From: a virus
Taxonomy: Duplodnaviria; Heunggongvirae; Uroviricota; Caudoviricetes
Strand: one strand, 5' to 3'
Virus record (IMG/VR): IMGVR_UViG_3300042905_002309
Coordinates: 169,278-233,277 of that record
DNA: 64,000 nt
Of this stretch, positions 56,971-64,000 are shown one piece after another. The notes beneath the pieces were generated by a model that did not search any database, was not told the origin of the DNA, and saw only the letters and a program-made list of their open reading frames with translations. A program made the translations under genes and the position numbers. Positions within the stretch are counted from its first letter, which is position 1, and each line of letters begins with the position of its first letter.

Positions 56971-57408
56971 ATGAACACACCAGAATACAAAATTTTAGCA
57001 GGATTATCCGTAGATGAGGTACAAAGGCTTGTAAATCAAGCTATTCAGGAAATTGGCAAAGAAGTAACTTTATTAGGGGGTATGGTAGCAGAAATATATC
57101 AAGGATTTCCACCTACGTACTATCAGACCGTTTTAATCACTAATAAATTTAGCGAAGCACTATTAATGGAAAATTTTGGCATAGGAATTGATTATAAACG
57201 AGAATTGCAACTTTTACACGAAGATAAAGAAAAGTCTACACCTTCTGCAAGTGATCCCTACCCTCTTGAAGTTTTAACCGAACCTATTAAAGAAGGTGTC
57301 ATTACTACTATTATACCAGATCATCTTAAAAAATCGAAGAAAAAGAAAGATGTTCCAAAGGTAATACACGAATCTAATCAACGAACACCTAATTCTTGGG
57401 ATTTATAA
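56971..57408 (+). CDS. hypothetical protein
   Basis: ORF track; divergent from 56892. Confidence 0.5.
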   Translation: MNTPEYKILAGLSVDEVQRLVNQAIQEIGKEVTLLGGMVAEIYQGFPPTYYQTVLITNKFSEALLMENFGIGIDYKRELQLLHEDKEKSTPSASDPYPLEVLTEPIKEGVITTIIPDHLKKSKKKKDVPKVIHESNQRTPNSWDL

Positions 57409-57881
57409 TGAAAATATTTACACCAGATAATAAACCTGCACAAGGTCGTGGTAAAATTGACCCCTATATGAAGGCTATTTTCCTAGCAGGGCCAACTCCA
57501 CGAAGTAATGACGTAAAAGGATGGCGACCAGAAGCTTTAGAAATACTAGAATCTTTTGGATTCGATGGTATAGTGTATGTACCAGAACGTGCAGATTGGG
57601 CTGTTAAATTTAATTATGACGATCAAATTACTTGGGAACTTAATGGCTTAGATTATTGTAATGTTATTATGTTTTGGATTCCTAGAAATATGGAAACTTT
57701 ACCCGGATTGACAACTAATGTCGAATTTGGTATGAATATTAAAAATAATAGTGTAATATACGGAAGACCGGATGGTGCTATTCACACGAAGTATCTTGAT
57801 ACAATTTATCAGTTATATACACAAAGAAATCCTTGTAAAACCCTACAAGAAACTGTAGAATGTACTTTACAAATTTTATGA
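57396..57881 (+). CDS. nucleoside 2-deoxyribosyltransferase-like protein, paralog B
   Basis: IFLAGP...GFDG...VIMFWIPR...GLTTNVEFGM...YGRPD. Confidence 0.5.
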   Translation: MGFIMKIFTPDNKPAQGRGKIDPYMKAIFLAGPTPRSNDVKGWRPEALEILESFGFDGIVYVPERADWAVKFNYDDQITWELNGLDYCNVIMFWIPRNMETLPGLTTNVEFGMNIKNNSVIYGRPDGAIHTKYLDTIYQLYTQRNPCKTLQETVECTLQIL

Positions 57882-58351
57882 GTACTATTAAACATCTCAC
57901 CTACAAACACATTCATACCACCATTTTAGAGATGGTAGAAATGTTGAAGAAAGCGGAATACACCCCACAGGTTATTATGCCTGTTGCTAAAGGTGGTTTA
58001 ATTCCTGCTGGTTTGCTCGGACAATATTATCCAGATGCTTTATTCTACATAATTCAAACAAAAGGCTATTTAGGTGTTGACAAAAAGCACGATTCTGTTA
58101 AGGTGTTTATACCTAAATCGATAAAGCGTGATATTGACAAGAATGCTAAAATATTGATTGTGGATGATATTTACGATACAGGTAGGACGATCACAGAGAT
58201 TATTAAAGTGTTGAAAGAAAATGGTGTTAAGAATAATATTGCTACCGCAACGTTATATCATAAACAAGAGGCTGATGGTACGCCTGATTTCTTTTGTAGG
58301 ACTGTTAAGAAGGGTACGTGGATAAATTTTCCTTGGGAGTTAAAAATATGA
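57878..58351 (+). CDS. purine phosphoribosyltransferase (type I PRTase, XGPRT/HPRT-like)
   Basis: AKILIVDDIYDTGRTI PRPP-binding motif. Confidence 0.75.
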   Translation: MSTIKHLTYKHIHTTILEMVEMLKKAEYTPQVIMPVAKGGLIPAGLLGQYYPDALFYIIQTKGYLGVDKKHDSVKVFIPKSIKRDIDKNAKILIVDDIYDTGRTITEIIKVLKENGVKNNIATATLYHKQEADGTPDFFCRTVKKGTWINFPWELKI

Positions 58352-58467
58352 AACCATTAAGTGAAATGTCGATGAAAGAAGTTAGGGATAAATATATCAA
58401 TATCTGGGAACGAAACAAAAGAAGAGATTCTTAAAATACTTGAATATACAATAATAATGGAGAAATT

Positions 58468-59064
58468 ATGAATAAGATATCGTTAGAAGATTTTGACATC
58501 GTTTACATGGAGATTTTTGATATCCATAACACGCCTTTGTTTGTAGTCCAAGAATCTTATGATGCTTGGATACATTATCAGGAATATGCTGAAACTGTAA
58601 CCGAAGAAGAGAAACAGAAGCATAAATATGTTATCTATGAAGATTTTCCTACAGCCGAATCATGGTTGATTCATAAAAAGAAGCGTATGGAAGCTGATAA
58701 AAAGCGATATGCCGAACATGCGAAATATATGAAACTTCCTTGGTATGAGAAGCTTTTAACCGAAGATGGTACATGTAAGATTAAAGATCAACTTATTGAA
58801 GCTTTTATAAATAATAAAGACGGTGAAAAAATAAGACTTAATTTATGTGTATGGAATATTACACCAGATATCCTATTTAATGCTATTAAACACTTTGCTC
58901 CTTATATTACAGATAGAAAATTCACAGATGAAGAAATTACTGCGTTTCTAAATAGAAATTCAGATGAAATAAAAGCAATGGGTGCAGGTGTGGCAGGTGA
59001 CGGTGGCAGAGTGTTGAGAACCTTGAAATGGGTTTGTACATTATTTTATAAAGAAATGGTCTAA
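58468..59064 (+). CDS. hypothetical protein
   Basis: ORF track. Confidence 0.5.
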   Translation: MNKISLEDFDIVYMEIFDIHNTPLFVVQESYDAWIHYQEYAETVTEEEKQKHKYVIYEDFPTAESWLIHKKKRMEADKKRYAEHAKYMKLPWYEKLLTEDGTCKIKDQLIEAFINNKDGEKIRLNLCVWNITPDILFNAIKHFAPYITDRKFTDEEITAFLNRNSDEIKAMGAGVAGDGGRVLRTLKWVCTLFYKEMV

Positions 59065-59065
59065 T

Positions 59066-59440
59066 ATGAATCAATTTAAATACAGAGAATTAAAATTTAG
59101 AGCGTGGTCAACAAAGAAGAATGAATTCTTAGCCACTGGCTTTCATATCATTGGCGAGACAGTAATGTTTGATTTATTAAACCAAACTCGTATTGAAGAT
59201 TTGGATACATTACATGTTCAACAATATACTGGAAGTGTTGATAAAAATGGTGTAGATATCTATGAAGGTGATCTTGTAGAGCATATATCAGGTAGAATTT
59301 GTAACGGTAAAACAGGTGAAGTAATATTTGCTACTGGTTGTTGGATGATTATGGATAATGAAGGTGCATTAAATTCGCCTGTATTTGAAACCGCAGGTAA
59401 TCTAACTGTAGTTGGAAACATTTTCGAAGGAGAGAAATAA
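59066..59440 (+). CDS. hypothetical protein
   Basis: ORF track. Confidence 0.5.
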   Translation: MNQFKYRELKFRAWSTKKNEFLATGFHIIGETVMFDLLNQTRIEDLDTLHVQQYTGSVDKNGVDIYEGDLVEHISGRICNGKTGEVIFATGCWMIMDNEGALNSPVFETAGNLTVVGNIFEGEK

Positions 59441-59688
59441 TGATTATACATAGAGGAATAGATGGAAAAACAGCTTTCGTACTCAATAAAAAGGGTGGTA
59501 TGTTAGCCTATATCGATGAAGATATTGCAAAGATTTTAGACGGTCTTTTTGGTGATAAAAATGGAGCTTGGAGTATCCATTCTAAACAAATGCGTAAAGA
59601 TATGGAAGGTACTGAATTCTGTATCGTTCAAATTACTGATAAAGATAATGACGCTCATACAATCTTCTTTAAGATAAATATTGTATAG
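59440..59688 (+). CDS. hypothetical protein
   Basis: ORF track. Confidence 0.45.
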   Translation: MIIHRGIDGKTAFVLNKKGGMLAYIDEDIAKILDGLFGDKNGAWSIHSKQMRKDMEGTEFCIVQITDKDNDAHTIFFKINIV

Positions 59689-59697
59689 AGGTACAAC

Positions 59698-59844
59698 ATG
59701 ACAACAAAATTCACAGAATTATTCAGACAAATCCGTAAGGATATGCCTAAACCAACAAAGAAGATCAAATCTGCCAAAGACCGTATGCGTGAAGCCGATA
59801 TGAAAAAGGGTCGTAAAAATTGGAAAGACGATAGAGATGCATAA
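59698..59844 (+). CDS. small basic ORF (48 aa)
   Basis: Read by eye; RBS agaggtacaac. Confidence 0.3.
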   Translation: MTTKFTELFRQIRKDMPKPTKKIKSAKDRMREADMKKGRKNWKDDRDA

Positions 59845-60148
59845 AGATAAATCAGTCATACCTAAAGGTGATTACTGCTATACAATAAGTCGTGTAGATA
59901 TGAAGGAAAGTAAAATCTACACAAAAAACTGCCCGTACTATGACTATACGGTATTGTGTGATGTGTTAATCCCAACTTGTAAATATCTTGAAAAAATGGG
60001 AACACCGGGTTGCACAGATGAAGAATACAAAAGATTACTTGATTTCTACGGGGATCATGATACTCTTAGTAAAGCAATGCCATTAAGTTTATTATGGGAT
60101 AGTTGTAAAGAATGTGGTGTAAATGAGTGTGATTGTTTAAATAGTTAG
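59837..60148 (+). CDS. Cys-rich hypothetical protein
   Basis: ORF track. Confidence 0.45.
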   Translation: MHKDKSVIPKGDYCYTISRVDMKESKIYTKNCPYYDYTVLCDVLIPTCKYLEKMGTPGCTDEEYKRLLDFYGDHDTLSKAMPLSLLWDSCKECGVNECDCLNS

Positions 60149-60162
60149 AAGAAAGAAAACAT

Positions 60163-60984
60163 ATGAATATACTAAAACGTAAGGATTATCGATTAGTGGT
60201 TGTTAGTGACATGCATTGCGGTCACGCAGTGGGTCTAACACATCCAGATTATCAAGGTAAAATTGTATCAGATGATGTAGGTAAACGTAATAAACTTAAT
60301 AATATCCAAAAAGCAATTTGGGATTTTTATGCAACAGAAATAACAAATTTACAAAGAGATAAGAAAATTGATATTCTTGTTTCTAATGGTGATGCAATCG
60401 ATGGTGATGGATGGCGTTCTGGTGGAACTGAATTAATAACTACTGATAGAAATATGCAAGTTCAAATTGCGAAAAGTGCAATTAAAAGGGCTAATGCAAA
60501 CACAAATATAATTGTAGCGGGAACCCCCTATCATACTGGTAATGTGGAAGATTTTGAAGAAATTTTAGCACAACAAATTAATGGTAAGTTTGAAAATCAC
60601 GCATGGTTAGATATTAATGGAGTAATTTTTGATATTAAACATAATGTGGGTAGTAGTAGTGTACCTCAAAGTAGACAAGCTCCTATTGCTAAAGAAATGA
60701 TTTGGGCAAAGTTGTGGCAAGAAAAAGAATTGATTCCTAAGCCTGTAAGTTATTTAATTCGATCCCATATACATTACTTCAATCTTTTAGATGATGGTGA
60801 TATGACAGCAATTACAACTCCCGCCCTTCAAGGATTCGGATCAAAGTTTGGTTCAAAAATGTGTAGTGGTATACCAACTATCGGTTTCGTTTCTTTCGAT
60901 ATTTTGGCTAATAAAACTGTGATTATGCGTAAACACTTTCTTAATTTAACTACACAAAAGGCAAAGGCAACTTTGTTCAATTAA
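60163..60984 (+). CDS. putative phosphoesterase (calcineurin-like, weak)
   Basis: VVVSDMHCGH, NGDAIDGDG, HYFN motifs. Confidence 0.4.
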   Translation: MNILKRKDYRLVVVSDMHCGHAVGLTHPDYQGKIVSDDVGKRNKLNNIQKAIWDFYATEITNLQRDKKIDILVSNGDAIDGDGWRSGGTELITTDRNMQVQIAKSAIKRANANTNIIVAGTPYHTGNVEDFEEILAQQINGKFENHAWLDINGVIFDIKHNVGSSSVPQSRQAPIAKEMIWAKLWQEKELIPKPVSYLIRSHIHYFNLLDDGDMTAITTPALQGFGSKFGSKMCSGIPTIGFVSFDILANKTVIMRKHFLNLTTQKAKATLFN

Positions 60985-61280
60985 TGAACCGATCAGAATA
61001 TATAAATTCTCCATCAAAGAAGGTTAGGTTAAAATCAATAGAGATTGATACCTTCTTTGATGTCACACCTATAAATAATACTATAATACCAAGGGGTTAT
61101 CATACTGCTATAGAATATGCTGATATGGTAAAAGTATCTGAAAGAACTATCCAACGAAGATTAAAGAGATTATGGAAACTAGGTAAAATTAAAATAGAAT
61201 TTTACTACACAAAAAGTATTTTAAATCATAAAATACGTACTCCTTATTATATGGTGGATAAAATTAGCTTATTAAAATAG
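60984..61280 (+). CDS. putative HTH DNA-binding protein
   Basis: ADMVKVSERTIQRRLKRL. Confidence 0.45.
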   Translation: MNRSEYINSPSKKVRLKSIEIDTFFDVTPINNTIIPRGYHTAIEYADMVKVSERTIQRRLKRLWKLGKIKIEFYYTKSILNHKIRTPYYMVDKISLLK

Positions 61281-61896
61281 TATCACTTTTAGATAAATTT
61301 TCTTCTGCCCATAGTGGTTGTAAATTAGTATAATGGAAGCATTTCTTTTGCTGTTCAGGATCAGTTAAATCGAATGAAGCACATGGTAAAATATGATCAA
61401 TATGCCAACCAAATTTACCATGATTGTCCCAAGTCATATCATCTCTAAATTGTTTTTCTAAATGCATCATTAATGTAGGAATATCACATCCGATTAATTC
61501 TTTAGTTGCTTTAGATTTATTTTTACCATTTAAAGCATCACGTATCCTACAACTCAAAATGCTTCTTAATTTATAATCAATATCGGTTTGTCTTCTATCT
61601 CTCGTATATTTGGTTTGATATTCAGTAATCTTTTTACGATTCTCTTTATCGTATGTTTTATGATAAGCTAAAACTTTATCTCTATTATTTTGATAATAAC
61701 CTTTAACTTTTTCTATAATTTTATCTTTGTTTTTTAAATATTTTAATTTATTTCTAAGACTTATAGCTTCTTTATTTTGTTCTCTATATATTTTACTTTT
61801 TCTTAAAATTTCTTCTTTATTTTCTTGATAATACGTTTTATTTGACATAATAGCACTCCTTATAAATACTTTGGTAGCAGGACAGCGAGTATTCAC
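61264..61896 (-). CDS. HNH homing endonuclease
   Basis: GWHIDHILPCASF...NLQPLWAEEN. Confidence 0.8.
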   Translation of the reverse strand: MNTRCPATKVFIRSAIMSNKTYYQENKEEILRKSKIYREQNKEAISLRNKLKYLKNKDKIIEKVKGYYQNNRDKVLAYHKTYDKENRKKITEYQTKYTRDRRQTDIDYKLRSILSCRIRDALNGKNKSKATKELIGCDIPTLMMHLEKQFRDDMTWDNHGKFGWHIDHILPCASFDLTDPEQQKKCFHYTNLQPLWAEENLSKSDTILIS

Positions 61897-61994
61897 TCCA
61901 CTTGTTTCAAAGAAGATTCCAGCCTTCTTTGATTACTGCTATAACTATTTATTGACTTGTATAACAAAATCCACTATTATTGCTAAATATTGAT

Positions 61995-63455
61995 ATGAAC
62001 ACTTTTAACAAACTTTACAACTCTTTGACAGAAGCAGAAATTCGCCAGAAATTGGATAATTTTGAAGGAATCCTTCACACTAATCCGGATTTAGCTACTG
62101 CTATGGAATTATGCAAAGAAATTGAAGCCCTTGAACCTAATGCAGAAGCTTTGGTCGTAGGTGGTTCAGTTCGTGATTTAATTCTCAAAAAAGCCCCTAA
62201 AGATATCGATATTGCTACAAATGTTGATATTGAGAAGATTGCCACACACTTTCATAGTGCTGATATTGGCAAATCTAAGGATTTTGGTATCGTAGCTGTC
62301 CAATACAAGGGTCAAATCTTTGAAGTAGCTCATTACAGAGAGGATGTTTACACTGGAACGACTGATTCTAGACATCCTTCTGGAGTAAATTTAACTAAAT
62401 CCTTTGAAGCTGACAGTGAACGTAGAGATATTACGATTAATTCGTTAGGTTTGACTACTTCTGGTGAAATCGTGGATTATCAGGGTGGACTTGAAGACAT
62501 CAAGAATGGCATCATAAAGGCTGTTGGTAGCCCCAAGGATCGATTTATTGAGGATGCCCTACGCATGATGAGGGTTGGGCGTTTTATGGCTAGATATGGC
62601 TTTAAACTCGATCCTGAGACTAGACAGGCTATTATTGATTTAAAAGACCTTATTAAGAAGGTTTCCCCTGAACGTATTCGTGATGAATTGTTCAAATCTG
62701 CCTCTTCTGGTACAGCTTTGGCTAATTATATTGAACATTTAAAAGACGTTGGACTTTTAGCATTAATTTTACCTGAAATTGATATTATGGACAAGTACGA
62801 GCATACACCTGAAAGTCACCCCGAAGGTGGAGTATTTGCACATACTATTCAAGCTATCAGAAAAAGCCCTAGTAAGAATCCAATTACAAACATGGCTATC
62901 TTATTTCATGATATTGGTAAACCTGCTTCTCAAAGCTTTGATATTGATACGCATAACGTCAAATATCATGGACACGATAAGGTTGGTAGTGAAGTCTTTG
63001 ATAAGGTTGTAAAGCGTTTAAAGTTTACTAACGATCAACGTGACGCTATTTTATTTGCCATTGAGAATCACATGTTAGCACATCACATGACTGACATGAA
63101 GAAGTCACGAATTTTGGATATTCGTCAAAGTCCTCATTGGGAAACACTTAAAGATACAACTTACGCTGATGATGCGGCTAGAGGTGATAGATTTGATGCA
63201 AATGCCTATGCTGACAAGATGAATAAAGTTGAAGACATTGCCAGTAAGTTTGGTGAGAAACAAGCTTTTGAAAAGCGTATGTCTGGTTACGTAGATGGTC
63301 GAATGATTATGAATATCCTTCCTAAGATTAAAGGAACGGATATTGGAGTCATTAAAAATGCTGTACGTGAGTGGATTATTTCAAAGGACTTTAATGTACA
63401 ACCAGAAGAGGTTACAGAATACATTAAAGAATTAGGGAAAAGTCTTAATCTTTAA
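61995..63455 (+). CDS. cca: tRNA nucleotidyltransferase (CCA-adding enzyme) with HD domain
   Basis: ALVVGGSVRDLIL...DIDIAT head domain; HDIGK HD motif. Confidence 0.9.
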   Translation: MNTFNKLYNSLTEAEIRQKLDNFEGILHTNPDLATAMELCKEIEALEPNAEALVVGGSVRDLILKKAPKDIDIATNVDIEKIATHFHSADIGKSKDFGIVAVQYKGQIFEVAHYREDVYTGTTDSRHPSGVNLTKSFEADSERRDITINSLGLTTSGEIVDYQGGLEDIKNGIIKAVGSPKDRFIEDALRMMRVGRFMARYGFKLDPETRQAIIDLKDLIKKVSPERIRDELFKSASSGTALANYIEHLKDVGLLALILPEIDIMDKYEHTPESHPEGGVFAHTIQAIRKSPSKNPITNMAILFHDIGKPASQSFDIDTHNVKYHGHDKVGSEVFDKVVKRLKFTNDQRDAILFAIENHMLAHHMTDMKKSRILDIRQSPHWETLKDTTYADDAARGDRFDANAYADKMNKVEDIASKFGEKQAFEKRMSGYVDGRMIMNILPKIKGTDIGVIKNAVREWIISKDFNVQPEEVTEYIKELGKSLNL

Positions 63456-63459
63456 ACCA

Positions 63460-63801
63460 TTATTCATGGCTGTATTTAATCTTGGTATTACCCCAATATT
63501 CTTGACAAACCTTAATTTGTTCCATCAATTCAATTGGTTTATTATTAAGCTTACGGTGTAAGGAATCTAAGATTATTGCACTCATATCATCTGGATGGTT
63601 TATACCAACCCCTTTGAACCATGTAGATAAAATTGAGACAGACCATAGATTCCAATTATTACGAATACTTCTACCTAAATTTTGATGATAGCCTGATTGA
63701 TCAATTTGTTCTTTAATTCGTTTCAAATCATCTTTATGTAAAAGACTCTCAAGAATTATTAATGCGGTGTCTAAGTCTTTAGGTATTTTATTCATGTCCA
63801 T
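63460..63801 (-). CDS. hypothetical protein
   Basis: ORF track; RBS aagaggatcatt. Confidence 0.5.
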   Translation of the reverse strand: MDMNKIPKDLDTALIILESLLHKDDLKRIKEQIDQSGYHQNLGRSIRNNWNLWSVSILSTWFKGVGINHPDDMSAIILDSLHRKLNNKPIELMEQIKVCQEYWGNTKIKYSHE

Positions 63802-63819
63802 AATGATCCTCTTATTTTC

Positions 63820-64000
63820 ACTAATTTTGTTAATACTGCCTGTGTTTCAATATACAATAACTCTTCAAGTAATGGTAAACGCTCCCATGCTTCTTGACAC
63901 TCTTTAGTGCGCTTCATTTGAACTGTTTTACGTTTATCGAGTGCGAATCCACCTGTTGCTCTTTCCAATTCAAACCAATTATCTAAAGCGTCCTCAATTT
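63820..64000 (-). CDS. partial ORF running off the window end
   Basis: Open minus-strand frame by eye, no start seen. Confidence 0.2.

Noticed and set aside
1-64000. CRISPR array, integrase/attachment site, or transposase
   Set aside because: No regular repeat-spacer periodicity and no tyrosine/serine recombinase or DDE motifs were seen. Repeats present are promoter cassettes.

Overview
This window reads as an AT-rich, densely packed segment of a large virulent T4-like (Straboviridae/Tevenvirinae-like) phage genome. The anchors are unmistakable rIIA and rIIB homologues (14885-18186) embedded in an early, hyperplastic region of many short same-strand ORFs. Most of these ORFs sit behind repeated sigma70-like early-promoter cassettes (TTGACA-N17-nATACT with a conserved 5'UTR), which resemble the PeSL shuffling modules described in T4-type phages. 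About 150 CDS are called, nearly all on the + strand; a small inverted module lies at 54.6-56.9 kb. The window also carries tRNA genes and tRNA-like elements: a clear tRNA-Lys(UUU), a clear tRNA-Leu(UAA), one 120-nt atypical tRNA and three tRNA-like elements. There are three homing endonucleases (2 HNH, 1 GIY-YIG). Recognisable functional content groups as follows. (1) An unusually complete RNA-repair toolkit, dispersed over several loci: RtcB, Tpt1/KptA 2'-phosphotransferase, a T4 Pnk-like 5'-kinase, an Rnl-like ligase, an ATP-dependent ligase, a metallophosphoesterase, a minimal nucleotidyltransferase and a CCA-adding enzyme. (2) An NAD+ salvage pair, NadV plus NadM-Nudix (NatV), together with ADP-ribose-processing domains (macro, NADAR). 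(3) Nucleotide metabolism: dUTPase, a PRTase, two paralogous nucleoside 2-deoxyribosyltransferase-like genes and a small deaminase. (4) Most strikingly, a radical-SAM/SPASM enzyme gene followed by five tandem genes whose products share a near-identical 17-residue N-terminus (MKIRNGFVSNSSSSSF) and have unrelated C-terminal bodies. I have not seen this architecture described, and it is the best candidate for a novel system in the window. No CRISPR array, integrase or capsid/tail morphogenesis core was recognised. All calls are from reading the sequence and recalled family motifs, and no database search was run. Starts were moved to the first in-frame ATG with an RBS-like purine run where the ORF track began at a non-ATG codon.
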